Shown here: positions 11,247-25,200 of the stretch, piece by piece
Layout of the letters: each line of letters opens with the position of its first letter
How positions within the stretch are numbered: position 1 is the stretch's first letter
Assembly: GCF_964213995.1 (NCBI RefSeq)
Contig: NC_135801.1
Location: forward strand, 28,706,001 to 28,770,000
Reading direction: 5' to 3'
Length of the DNA stretch: 64,000 nucleotides
From: Mustelus asterias
Lineage: Eukaryota
Position numbers and translations under genes: made by a program
Notes under the pieces: model-generated
Database searches by the model: none
Told to the model about the DNA's origin: nothing
Seen by the model: only the letters and a program-made list of their open reading frames with translations

Positions 11247-12602
11247 GAGAAGCTAACTTGATTCCTCAACTTTTACAACTGTGACTAGATCATTCAATAG
11301 GCAAACCACTCTTGCTATGGTTTTAGTATGATTCTGTGGAGCATATTCCAGAACTTCTGAGAGTTTCTTTTTAATCCATATAGGTTTATTTTTATTTGAA
11401 TGGTGCATGGCATATGAGGGCAAAACCTTGTCTGTTTTGCTGCAAATGCAATTGTTTATGGAGCTGACTCAGCCACAGAGGATATGCTGCTGCATCATCA
11501 CGTGGTTCTTCAATGTTTAGTTAAGACCATAAGAAATAGGAACAGAAGTGGACAGTTTGGCACCTCGAGCCTGCTCCACCATTCAATAGGATCGTGGCTG
11601 CTTCGACATTCCACTTTCCTGCCCTTTCCCTGTAACCCTTGATTCCCTTTTGCTTTGTTTCCCTCCTTACGATGATATTCATTGTAGATTCCTACTACCT
11701 AAAATTACTAAATGGTAACTCATCATTAAGCTGAGTATAGGACTGAAGGGTCAACACAGCCCCAGTTTGCTCCTCTCATCCCATGTTAATATAGGACTAC
11801 AGCTTTTATCTAAACAGCATGGACTAGTTGGTCTTACTGGCCTTTTTTAAAGTTGAAATTTCTGTATGCGTTTATGTAAAAGTCGAGGCCTCAGAGGTTT
11901 TATGCCAAAGTGGCAGATTGAAAATCACACCTTGTTACTAGATTATTACTAGTTTATCGCGCTCAAATTGGATATACTATACACAGGTTTCCAATTTGCA
12001 ATGCTTTATTTTCTCTAACATTTGTTCCCATTTTGTGGAGGTGCTAACTGAAGCCTGAAATAGTTTTTGATGAAGAAGGGCCTTGGGCAACTTGATTTCT
12101 ATCTGTAATCCTCATCCTATCCTGTTACAGCATCTAGTGTTTCTTAAATAAATTAGATCTTCTGGTTTAAATGACAGAAGCTGCTTAAGCTTTAGCAGTA
12201 CTCTATGCCCTGACATGTCCTAAATTTGCCATTCACTAGTTTAAATCCGTTCCTGTAAGCAGCTGCTCTGACATATCTGAAGGCATTGTACTCGGTTTAC
12301 TTTGCACTGAATGTCTGAGGCATCTGTTTTTGAGGTTGAAGAGCCTGTTCATCTAACTTTTCCCAATAGCTTCCTCACAGCCTTTCTTTTTTTGTTTCAG
12401 TACCATTTCCTCCACCTCAGGCAGTTAGAGCTGTGCACGATACTTCAGCTGCAGCCTGAACAGAGCATTGCACAACTTTACCTTGGACAGTTTGCAGGTA
12501 CTGGCTGCTAACTGCTATTTTACTGTGTCTTCATATGTATTCATGAACAGTATGTTTTTGCAAGCTATTTGACTGTGAAGGAAAAAATAGGGAAAACTAG
12601 TG

Positions 12603-12872
12603 GATGGCACAGTGGTTGGCCTTACTGCCTCAGCGCCAGGGACCTGGGTTCCATTCCGGCCTTGCACATTTCCCCCCACCCCCCTTCCCGTGGCTGCATG
12701 GGTTTCCTCCGGGTACTCCGGTTTCCTCCCGCAGTCCCAAGATGTGTAGGTTAGGTGGATTGGCCATGGTAAATGTGGGGGGACAGGGACTGGGCAAGAC
12801 ACTGTCAGAGAGTCAGTGCAGACTTGATGGGCTGAGTGGCCTCCTCCTGCGCTGTAGGGATTCTATGATCTA
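12603..12872 (+). mobile_element. SINE, tail type A (diverged)
   Basis: Similar to 2236-2572. Confidence 0.8.
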
Positions 12873-12889
12873 GATCCTATCCTCACCCA

Positions 12890-15340
12890 GCTTGCATTTA
12901 GACAGCACCTTTAATGTAGCAAAATGTCCCAAACTGCTGAACAAAAGCATAATAAAACAGAAGTTAGCCCAGACTTAGCAAAGTCCAAAGATGTGCGGGT
13001 TAGGTGGATTGGCCATGCTAAATTACCCCTTAGTGTCAGGGGGACTAGCTAGGGTAACAACATGGGGTTGTGGGGATAGGGCCTGGGTGGGATTGTGGTT
13101 GGTGCAGACTCTGAAAAATGGTCATGCTAGTTCAAAGGCTTTGTCAAAAGAGTTTCAAGAAGTGTTTTAAAGCAGGAGAGTCTAAGTTGTATGGAGAAGG
13201 AATTCCACACTTAGTACTGAAACAGCTGAAGTCTCCAGTGCTGGGTTGAAGGAAGTTGCTGATGCGCAAGAGGGCATATTTGAAGGAATGCAGAGTTCTC
13301 AGAAGATCGTATGTAAGGGGGAGTTTACGTAGGTAGGGGCGAGAAGCAATTTAAACACAAGGAGAATATTTTAAAGTCAAGCTGTTGGTGGAACAGCAGC
13401 CAATGTCCTGGTATTTGTGAGCATAGAGTGATGGGTGAGCAAGACTTGGTGTGATTTATGATATGGGCTGAGGTTTCGGGTGGGCTCAAGTTTATGGGGC
13501 ATGGAAGATAGGAAACTGGCATTGAGAGCATTGAAATAGTCCAGTCCAGAGTTAGCATAAATATGAAAAAAACTTATGGTAGTAGATGGGTAATGTTATC
13601 AAGATGGGGCTTGGGCATCAGGGCTAAAGGGGTCAAAGGACATGGGGTGGGAAGGCAGGATCAGGGTATTGAATTTGACGATCAAGCATGATCATAATGA
13701 ATGGTGGAGCAGACTGGAAGGGCCGAATGGCCTACTCCTATTTTCTATGTGTGCATCTATATGTAAGATGGAAGTAGGTAGTTTTAGTGCTAGAGGTAAT
13801 ATGGAGCTGGTAGTTAGGCCACGGTCATGTAGGACACTCTCATTGTAAACAGTCTTATTCAGCCCAAGACAGAAGCTAGGGAGAGGGTTGTCATCAGTAC
13901 CTAGGGAATAGAGTTTCTGGTGGGGGTCAAAAACAATGGCCCATAACTTCCTCTCTCCCCAACTTTGGATGGGGGGGGGGGTACCCTAAAGATGCGCTGC
14001 GGAATCCCCCTGGGAAGTTCCCACGCAAGGGGTACCCAGCAATTTTCGAGAAAGGCTAGCTTCCCCTTGCAGCCATCCACAAAGCGATTTAAATCACTAA
14101 CTTTGGATGGTTCTGCCAGTGTTACTCTGAAAGAGTTAAAAATAAAAGCACTTCTAACTTCAGCAATAACTATTTTAAATACTCAGCCCTGCACGGGGTC
14201 CCTCTGACCGCCCAAGGGACTCCCCCATATCCATTCCCAGCTAAGCACCCCAACCCTCCCCAAGGTAGGGGACCACCGCCCCCCTCCTCGACATAGCCAC
14301 GGCCCAACTTTGAACCCCACCCCCCAAGCATCCCACAGTCTGAACATTGCAGGAGGATCTCGGCTATAACTGGATTGGTAAGAATGAAACCAAGTGAGAG
14401 CAGTCCCATTCACCTGACCAATGGAGAAGAAACAGGGATGTGGTGTTGTCAGGTCGGTTGGCTCAGATTGATTAAGGAAGCACAGTGCACCATGATCACC
14501 AGTTGTGTAATGTCATTGGTGACTGCCAAGGGATTTTTCACTGTGAAAACTGGATTGGAGAGTTTCGAATATGAAACTGGGGGAAAGATAGATGCAGATT
14601 TAGGATGTGATAATGCATTCAAGAACCTTGGAGAGGAAAGAAGTGTTTGGAATTGGATGGTCAGCAGTTTAGTGGGGATAGGATTGAGGACAGGAGGTAG
14701 GTATGGTGGACAAGATACACAACAAATATATCTCTTTTTATATAATAGACACTAGAAAATGGTACGAGTTCTCAGGTGAAGGGAGAACCTTGCTTTGTAG
14801 GTTAGAAGGTGGGAGAGATGTGAGGGGCAGCTGAATGGATTTGTTAAATGGATGCGTGGAGTAAGTATAAAGGAGCTGTTTAAGGAGATAGTTGATGGTG
14901 GAGAAAGGTGGTTATCTTTGCGGTTTAGGATGATCCGAGAGCAGTGAGCAGTTTTGAAAGCTTAATGGTGCTCATTGGTGTTTGATTTGATCCAGCCAGA
15001 TATCGTGATGAACAGCTAAGCTAATTGTTCACTGCATGCAGTCAAAGCTCCATCTTGGAGTTGAAAGGTTGAAAATGGGAACCACAATGAGGGAAATAAC
15101 CAGGGTAAAAGAGAGGTAAAGGTGTTACTGAGGATCATTGCTTTAAATGTAGAGGTGAAGGTGTGATTGAGCAGTTCAGTAGTTGCAGAAATATATGATG
15201 GATAGAGACTGGATAATTAAGAGTTTAAAACTAGAGTTGGAGGTAACTTGGGGCGGGGGTGAATTATCGCCAAAGGTAGACACAAAATGTGGATGGGAGG
15301 GTGTTGTGAGTGATGATGAGGGACACAAAAGTGATCAGAG
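12890..15340 (-). mobile_element. Old degraded L2-like LINE with younger inserts (SINE fragment about 12983-13110, CR1 3' end about 13620-13750)
   Basis: L2-type 3' end (reverse of cttgcatttagacagcaccttta) and RT-like remnant GTALTWFHSY; heavily decayed. Confidence 0.55.
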
Positions 15341-16085
15341 ATGGCCTTCTCGGACAAAACGCATATTTTATAGCAGCAATCATAAAGAGTGATTCGGATG
15401 AGATTCTGTTCCAATTTACTTTTTCACTACCTGAGGAGCAGTGAAGCTAATTTTAGTGATTGGACAAGTCGTAACAAAGAACAGCATTACACTCTCAAAA
15501 CCATTGTGTGTGTGTGTGTCAACCAATTTTTTGTATCATCTTTCATTCTTCCTATTACCATCCAAGATTTTAATGGCTTCAGTGGCCTTGTGGATGCTTG
15601 TTTCCATTAAGCTTGGCTGCTTTAAATTCATGGGTATTATTGGAAAACGTAAGGTCGATCATGTTCAAATTAAGATATTTCTATTTAGCTGGGTGGTAAC
15701 GATTTACTGGTAACTTTAGTTTATTTATTCCTTGTTTTCATGGAAAGAAAATTTGCAGTCGTGATTATAATTCAGTCATAAAGTAAAATGAAATGGAAAT
15801 TTAAATGTGAAAAGGATTAGTAGGACATTCTTTGGCATTCTAAGCATCATATCCTTTTACACCGGGTACTCAAGTTCACATCCGTTCCCACCATCGGTGC
15901 TTGGTGTTGTAGTCTGTGAATAAGATGCTGTTACTGGGAAGCAGCTTTTTGTATTTTGCAGAACTGATTTTTAGGCAGATCTGGAAAGTTTTTACGTTGT
16001 AGGGTCCGAGGCTCAAAGCAGGTTAACCATTCTGTTGTGAATCATATTTAGTGAAATCATCTTTATTTTTTTTCCTCACCAGAAT

Positions 16086-16230
16086 ATGATAGGTTTAATT
16101 TGGCATTACCTGTACAGCTCTCTCCTGAGGTCTTGGATGAAGTGGATTTTAAGAAAGGTTACTGGAAGATGTGAACTACAACGTATTTGTACCAATACTG
16201 TTGAAGGAACAGAGCGCACTATGAAAATAG
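16086..16230 (+). CDS. ELMOD2: ELMOD2 coding exon 1 (exon begins 16083)
   Basis: ttttcctcaccag|AATATG; MIGLIWHYLYSSLLRSWMKWILRKVTGRCELQRICTNTVEGTERTMKI; donor G|gtgagt. Confidence 0.95.
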
Positions 16231-19200
16231 GTGAGTGTTGGGTCAAGCTTCTCCTTTACCTGTGAGTAGGCAAAGGCAAATATGGAATCTATATGTTCCA
16301 GGCTTACTATTTGCACCCAGAGATGTGCTAACAATTGGTACTCTTGTGATTTTTGAATGGCATTTAAAGCAGCTTTGAACCAGTGTGCATGACATCAAAG
16401 CAGATTGTTTTCTATGTTTTTCAGTCTACGGAGTGGAAGTAGAATGCATGCAGCTATATCTGTGGCAGAAAATCTGTGTTGAATCCATTTTAAGACATTT
16501 TAAATTTGATACGTGAATTTCATGAACTCAATCCCAGATGCTGCACATTTATGAAACTATATTTTTCTTGAGTTAGTGATGCGGAAGGCTACATTCTCTA
16601 ATACTGCCATTCCCACAAAGAAGCTGTATGAATGATTGTATGTCATTTGCCATCTGCTGCAGCTAGAATAACCATAAAGCCTATCAATATTTGTTTTGTG
16701 CACAACTTAACATTCTAACTTTTTTGGACGTGATATATATTTTAATTTTGAGAAAGAAATAGTAACATAGAAAAGCTGTAAGTCTATGTTGTCCTACATT
16801 TCAGTAAAATAATATATTTCTTCAAGATCATTGTTCAGTTTTACCTGCTAAACTATTCCAGGTATTGATAACCCCTTCAAAGTATTGAGTCCTGTGAGAA
16901 TCTAACTCTTAATTGATGCTCATCCCTTTTGTACTGGCACGAGACACAAAAACAAATAATCTGACTAATCCTTTACATTCCCAAACCTCATTAAAAAAAA
17001 ACTCAACTAATATTTGTCCTCCGTTTTCTCCTTTATCTGGTGCAGAATATCCCAGTTCATTCTCCAGCTGCCTTTTCATCTGAATGAACCCGTTCTGTAT
17101 CTTTTTAAACTGTGGATTCCAGAACTGCACATTATACACTAGGTTGGGTATGACTGGCATTGTAAATAGTGAAAAGATAGTTTTCACTGATTTTCGCTTT
17201 GTGCAACTGAACACCCCTTTAATTCCTTTTGGCCACAGCCACTCATTAACTTGTACCTTGCTAATTGCTTTGCAGCCTTGTTTCTGATGATTGTAAACTT
17301 TTATCTGATATTAATGTAAGACTGGACCACAGTTATCCAGAACGTAAACTCATCCCTTTCCAAATAATGCATGGGACTATATTTGTAGCTATTAATGCTG
17401 AAAGCAAGACCACAAACTTCAAATGAAAAGTATTCAGTCTTTTGAAACAGTTGGAATAATTGTCAACCTCCGTAAACATTGGTATCTGTCTTAATGTGCT
17501 TCTTTGGCATTCATAGCTTGATTTAAACATATTTCCTCAAAGTTTTTTTAAATCTACTGAATTATGTCAAAATATTTAAGCTAAATACTAAAATTAATAT
17601 TTTTTTAATAGAATATTCTTTGGAATCTTCCAAAAATGAGGTAAGTGAGATTCATTTTTTTGTGCATGTCTGTATCTGCATGTTAAACAATATTGTTCTT
17701 AGTTACTAATGTAGAATTAACATACTTCAAATAGAACTGGCCTCACTGTCAAAATCCTGGCCCTGGATCACAATTTTTCTGTGTTTCAGCTCTCTTCCTC
17801 CCTCCCCTGAGTTCCTTGGTTTTATTTTGAAAGTTGGGAGGATCCACAAGTTACTCAGCTAGAATGCAGAAGGAAGAAAGATAAAACCCAGTGACAAAAA
17901 TGAAATAAAGCTCTAAGTAATCCAGTCCACCAAAACACACTGACAGATGCTATTCTGAGCACAGAAATCCCAATCATCGCAGTACAATGTCACGGAAAGG
18001 GGGAGGGGAGAAGAGAATGGGCAGTATCTTTAATCTCCTGAGTATAATAGTAAAGTTAATGACTTTAATACATGACATTAAGGGAAACAAACTGTTTCCT
18101 CTGCAATATGTGTAATCATAATCCCTCAGTAATATTTACCTATCCAGGCACTGACCCTGGAGTAGTCCCGTCAGTAGACCAGAATGTTTAATTGAAGTTA
18201 GCTTTAAGCAGTGAATAAGATAAAATGAAACTGAGCAAAATATTTAAATTTTCCATTACAGTTTTGCACTTGTTGCCACTTCTGCCCTCCGAGGAATTTT
18301 TTTTTACTGCTGAGTTTTACCATTTTCAAATCTTGGGAGTAATAGATAATTGAATAAGAAAGCGAGTACAGTAACATGGGGGATAGCACAGTGGTTTTCA
18401 CTGCTGCTTCACAGCACCAGGGACCTGGGTTCATTCCCGCTTGTGTCACTGTGTGGAGTTTGCACATTCTCCCCATGTTTGCGTGGGTTTCCTCCGGGTG
18501 CTCCAGTTTCCTCCCACATCCTGAAAGACATACTGGTTAGGTGCATTGACCTGAACAGGTGCCGGACTCGGGGAATTTCACAGTAACGTTAATGCAGTGT
18601 TAATGTAAGCCTTACTTGTGACTAATAAATAAAAACTTTTAAAAAAACTTTAGACTTTATGTTTCAACTGCGAACATTCGCACCTTTTTATGGTTTTTAA
18701 CACCACTTCTCTTTAGACATTCACAATACTTATTATAATAACTTTGCTCTGACTAATTAGTTTTTTCATTAATTGTTTCTTGTTAGGTTTTAAAGGCAGC
18801 AGTGACTGTCAGTGAGGCAAATGTGGCAAACAGAGTTCGTGACATAATGGAGATTAAAAAGATTTCCATTCAGAAAGATCCGAAGTAAGTTGTGTTGCTG
18901 TTCTTCAGTTAGTTTGACATCTCATGCTCAAAATTCATCCACAGCCCCATTAACCTCTTCAGTGCCTCCTGTGGGTCTTTGTTTTTTGAACTTTTAATTT
19001 ACATTTTTTAAATATCTGCTAATCGTGCTTATTTGTGTATCACTTGTAAATTTCCTTCAGTGCCTGGGCCAAGTGAGCATTCTTCATACAAATACAGAGG
19101 ATGTTGGAAATCTGAAGCTTAAACAGAAAGTTCTGGAAATATGCAGCAGTTCGGGCAGCATCTGTGGAGAGAGTGTTAGTGTTGCAAGTTGGTGACCTTT

Positions 19201-22200
19201 TGAGAGAAATGTTATCTGTTTCCCTTCCCACAGTTGCTATCTGACCTGCCAACTTTTTCCAGCATTTTCTTCTTCTGATTCTATCTGCACATTTTCCAGC
19301 AGCAGCCACTGGTTGGGAATCAGAAGTGGGAATCTTCTCTGTCTTTGTTTTTCTGAATTGCTGCATTGTAAAGATTGACTAACTTGGCACAAAGCAGGGA
19401 TTGAAGCATGTGTCTCAACAGCAGAGCTAACATTGCAATAACTCCCAAAGCTTTATTTACCACCTTCCATTTTTCTCCCAGTCTTCGAATAGAATCTCTA
19501 CAGTGCAGAAGGAGGCCATTCGGTCCATCGAGCCTGTACCGACTCTCCAAAAGAGTATCTCACCCAGGCCCTATCCCCGTCGCCCCACATATTTGCCTCA
19601 CGAATCCCCCTAACCTACAATCTTGGGACACTAAGAGGCAATTGAGCATGGCTGATCAATCTATGCACATCTTTGGATTGTGGGAGGAAACTGGAGCACC
19701 CGGACATGCCAACACAAGGAGAATGTGCAAACTCCACACACACATCCAAGGCCAGAGTTGGACCTGGTCCCTGATGCTGTGAAACAGCAGTGATAATTAC
19801 TGTCCCATCGTGCCGCCCACAAGTTTCCTAAAGCCATCTCCTTTTTATAAAAGGAATGGATTCTTTGGTGATCAGCATCCATGGATGCCACTCACCCTCT
19901 GTACCTTACCCAAATGGCTGTTCATTATGTAAACCTAGATAGTGATTGCCGGGAATTTATTTGACCATGGGACCATTACAGCTTGCCTGACATCCTAACA
20001 TTACTGCACATGTCACTGAATAATAATGAGAAATGTGGCCAGTCTTCCCTCTCCAACACGGAGGCGCCAAGGCCAATTGTCGCACTTCTACCATTATCAC
20101 AGACCCAAGTACTGCTATTTCAACTTGAAACCTGAATTAGAATGAAGTAAACTTTGACACTCAAGTCCTTGATTATGAAATGCATTATTAAGTAAACCTT
20201 GTTGTAATGAACCCTGGCATTACATCAGCCAAAAATAACAATTGGCTAACACACTTAAAATATGCCTGCTTACCTGAATTTGCTTTCTGAAGAGTTTCAC
20301 CCACCATTTCAACTTCAGATGTTTTAAAGTCACAACTTAGCTAGTGTGTCTTCTTTCAACCATGAAGGAAGTTATTAGTGTGGTAACCAACTATTATTGC
20401 AATTAATGAGCTCCAGTATTTTCAACTACACTTAATTCACATCCTTAATTTTGAACAATCCAGATGAACATAATGGAAAGTGGCGGTTACTTGGCTGCCT
20501 GGTTGGTTACTTCATTGTTGGGTGAGCCCCAGCCCTTGTGGATCATCTCCATTGGTGGCATTTGATGGGGAAACAGGCGTGCAGGCAATTGGGTCTTGGA
20601 ACATTCATTACCAATGCTGAGTTGTTGACTTGACTTCAGCTTTTGCGGGAGGCTCGATAAGTTCTCCACATAGAGATACAATTAGAGGGTGAGTCACAAG
20701 GAAATTGTAGACCTATTAATTTAACATCTGTTGTGGGAAAGTTACTGGCAGCTGTAATTAGGAGGAGAGTGACCGAGTACTTGGACAAGTGTGAACAAAT
20801 CAAAGAGAGCCAACATGGATTCGTAAAGAGAAAGTCAGTTGAATTTTTTGAGAGGTAACATAGCAGAAAAGGGATTGCCCGTGGGTATCGTTTATATTGA
20901 CTTCCAGAAGCCATTTGCAAAGGTTCCACACCATTGATTGTTAACAAAATTGAACGTGCATAAAATAGAAAATATTCTATTGGCGTGAGAAGGAAATTAC
21001 TTACACAGTGGGTGACTGAGGATAAGGATAAAGGGTTTGCATTTTAATTGACAAAATGTTGCTAGTAGTGCCTCTCGGGAATATGTACTGGGGCATTGGC
21101 TTTTCACTATTGTTATGAAGCAGAGAGTTGATCTCCTTTCTGAGAACTAACACCTAACCATTCAAAGAGGAGTACCTCACATCATAATCTGTTAAAAGTG
21201 TATATGAAGTGGTACGATCTGCTCTTCAGCAACTTTTTGTGGTTATATCAAAAATAATTCCCTGACACACACTAAAAGAAAATACAAATAACACTTTATT
21301 TATCTAACTAACTGTTAACAAACAGAATGAAACACGATTCTAGTGGAATGCTGTTTAGATAAATACAATTCCCACTTATTAACAAAAAAATAATTTTTAG
21401 TCACTCTCTAAATTACAACCAGGTTTGTTGTCTTCTGGAATCTTCTGATCTTCTCTGTTGATTTCTTCTGTCTGCAACCTCTGTCTTCTTTTGGTATCTT
21501 TGCTATTCAGATGGTGCTTTCGTTTAAGACATAAATACAGCTATGAGAGCCAGCAAGTCTCTCTCTCTCGAGCTGTGAGTGGTGGCAGGTGCTTTCCCCG
21601 TTTGTCTCACTGCCACCCTGTCTCTTATACCCCTGATGACATATCAATGTAGGATTGGTTCCCGGTTGCCAAAACCATCAATTTCAAATTCAATAGGTGC
21701 TTGGATCTAAGTGCCTAATTTATAGAACATTGAACAGTACAGCACAGTACAGGCCCTTCGGCCCATGATGTTGTGCCGAACCTTTTCCGAAACCAAGATC
21801 AAGCTATCCCACTCCCTATCATTCTAGTATGCTCCATGTGCCTATCCAATAACCGCTTGAAAGTTCCTAAAGTGTCCGACTCCACTATCACAGCAGGCAG
21901 TCCATTCCACACCCCAACCACTCTGAGTAAAGAACCTACCTCGTACATTCCTCCTATATCTTCCACCACGAACCTTCTAGTTATGGCCCCTAGTAACAGC
22001 TACATCCACCCGGGGAAATAGTCTCTGTACGTCCACTCTATCTATCCCCCTCATCATCTTATAAACCTCTATTAAGTCGCCTTTCAACCTCCTCTGCTCT
22101 AAAGAGAAAAGCCCTAGCTCCCTCAAGTTTACACAGAGAAAAATAAAGATTGGTGCATACGTATAGTGTGAAGATAGATATTGAAATATGAAAATCCTTA

Positions 22201-25200
22201 CATTTTTGTAATTGTTTAAAAAGTTTTATTTTAAAAGATGTGGTGATTAATCATAATGGAAACTTTAACCAACATTCCACATATTTGTCAGGGCCAGATT
22301 GGTTGCTCAGCAGTAGTTATTACTCGCGTCCTATGGACATAACTGATAGACTGGGTCCTTGGCAGGTGGTGAGGGAGCCAACAAGAGGAAAAAGCCCTTA
22401 TCCTCTCCAATCTACCTGTTGCAGATGAATCTATTTATGACAGTATTGATATGAGTGACAACTGCACAGTCCTTGTGGAGACAAAGTCGCATCTTTACAT
22501 TGAGGACCCTCCATCATGTGTAGCACTACCAGTATGTTAAACGGACTAGATTTAAAACTGATCTAGCAACTCAAAAACTGGGTGTCCGTCAATACGTGGG
22601 GTTACAAGGAAAGGGCCTGGGTAAGATGCTCTGTCAGAGAGTCGGTTAATCTAAATCCTGAAGTGACAGTCAGGCACAGGAGGGTAATAACAGTCAACAT
22701 TGGCAAATCACCATCAAAAACCCCACAGATTGCAAGCTGCTCGAAAAAGATGTATCTGATTTTTCTTTTTTCTTTTTCAATTCCAGTTGTGAAATTACTT
22801 GGAGCACTGAGACACAAGATCTTACGTAAAATGGCATTTAAAATTCCTTTATGGATAAATTTTTTTCCTTAGGTTCAAGTTAAATTTACAGACTTGCTTG
22901 CTCCAAATCTCTGGCTTTAAAAAACTCTTTGCTGATATAGAAAACCTACGAAAGCAGCCATTCGATTCTTCGAACAAGCAGCATGAAGATATGCTAAAAA
23001 AGGTACATTAATTGTATTTGATGTCCCACTGTTTACTTGGGCAACCTTGCCTTGCGAGTCTGCAATATTGTAGGGATTTATTTTGCGAAGGTAAAGGATA
23101 AAAATCAGTTGCATTGTTCTTTTCATTATGGCCCAAAATTTGCAGGGGTTTTGATGGTGAACTCCTGGCATTTGTCATCATCATCCCTCTGAATCTGAGC
23201 TCAATTTCAGGATTTAGTGCAACTGAGCTTAATGCAGAGATTCTGAAGTTGTGGGATCTGTCATCATGGGATACCTACTTCTCTCCTGTTTTGCTGAAGT
23301 GAAATAACTTGCTGGGAAGGACATTTCATTTGGAAAGGATATATTGTGCACTGTTCCAAAAATTATTCCACTGGGTTCAAAGCAGAGGATGGAATCATTT
23401 TCCAGGGGTTTTTTTTGCTGGCAATGCACTGATATTAGGCAGCCATTTGAAACAAGTTTTAAGAGAATAATGCGTCATTTATTTTGCGAGTGTTTTTAAA
23501 GGTGAGTGCCATTTGTATTTTTATAATCGTTTTTTCTCCTTATGGGCATAAAAAATCTTGAAATTCTTCTTGGATGAAAAATGGCAACTTTATTCAAGCA
23601 AAGAATCAGTGGAGCATAGGAACAGGAGAAGGCCATTCAGTCTCTTGAGCCCACTCCGCCATTCAATAAGATCATGGCTGATCTGTGGCCTAAATCCTTG
23701 TACCTGCCCTAGGCCCATATCCTTTGGTACCCCTGCTCAGTAAAAAATTGTCTATCTCAGACCTGGTGTGATTGAGCAAATAATTGTCTCTCTGGAACTA
23801 TTCCATTGTCACCCACTTGTCATCAGCCTTGAAACAGAAGCAATTCTCTGTAACCCCTCCATGTTCCTTTAATAATTACAATTTGAGCTAAGAATCTTTT
23901 CAGTTGTAGTTTCCTTGTTCGGTGTATCGTCACATTTGTTATTTACTTCTTTCTTCTGTGACTTTTAGTTGTGGAATTTGCTGATGCCTCATGTGCACCT
24001 GGAGTCGAGAATCACCAAACAATGGGGTGACATTGGGTTTCAAGGTGATGATCCTAAAACTGACTTCAGAGGCATGGGAATGCTGGGGTTACACAATCTA
24101 GTGTAAGTTTTCGTAGAGTATACTCGTAGCCCCAAATATTTTTAACACATCGGTTAAGTAGCATACTGATCTGTAATTTATGTTCTGACATCTATTGAAA
24201 AAATTGCCCTGCTATGGAGTTCTTGCACTCCAAAACATAATTTTTTGGCCTCCGCGTGCAGCTCCATCCACGACGGGCGGCCAGGGAAAGCTGGCGAGAG
24301 GAAGACTGATACCAGTATGTCCACTTCAACAATCACCTGATCTGATTATTTTTACATCTTGGAATCCCTTCTGTTTAAAATCCTTAACTTTTCCTTTCTT
24401 AATATAGCCTCAAGGTTAAACTTCTGTGCACGACAAAACTATGAGTATGGGGGAAGTTAAAATGGGACAGAGTGCAGGGTTTCCCAATTGTGCTGTGCTG
24501 CACTTGCACAGGCCACTTTTAATCCTGGGGTTTTGGGAGGCTTGCGACCTCCACCACAAGCATTCAAGCTAGTAAAATTAGGCCATATGTGTTTCTAAAG
24601 TATCTCGCTATGTAAGGTTCGTGCAGTGAGTTGATATGTTAGAGTACCTTTATCAATCTCCTCATCAAACTTATTTAACGGCAAAAGACTTGATTGGTTG
24701 TGATTTTCTTTTTGTGTGGAGAGGTGCTCCGAGCAAAGCTGAATTGATGGAAATATGCTTTGATGGCAGGGTAGACATTTTGTTCATGAGAGGCCAAGGG
24801 TGACAATTTTTATTGTTAGAATTATTTAGCTTCCTGAATATCTACTATTATTTAAAAGTCCTGGTACGTTGATTGCCTTTGATAAACCTGGGAAAGCAAA
24901 GTTTCGCCTTATTTGTTCTGATTTAAAAAATGTGTTGCAATTGATTTTTCCTAGTGCCGATTGTTTGGAGGTACGAGGTGTTTTGCTCCATAGTGACAGG
25001 CTAAACTCAGATTTTGAATGGCATGTGCACTTTTTAATTTGTTATCGTTAAAACTTTTAGATTCTTTGGAGACCACTACACAGAAACAGCTCGCCAGACT
25101 CTTTCACATTCAACTCACCCCAAGATAGGGTAAGTGAAAGTATATTAAGTTGTTTTTACACCACCACATTCATTTTATAAAGAAAAGACTAACAAAGATA

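Noticed and set aside
21110-21720. Possible solo-LTR-like segments (also near 30150-31230 and 55025-55670)
   Set aside because: They begin with similar t(g/c)ttatga motifs and look repeat-like, but termini, TSDs and family could not be established by eye.
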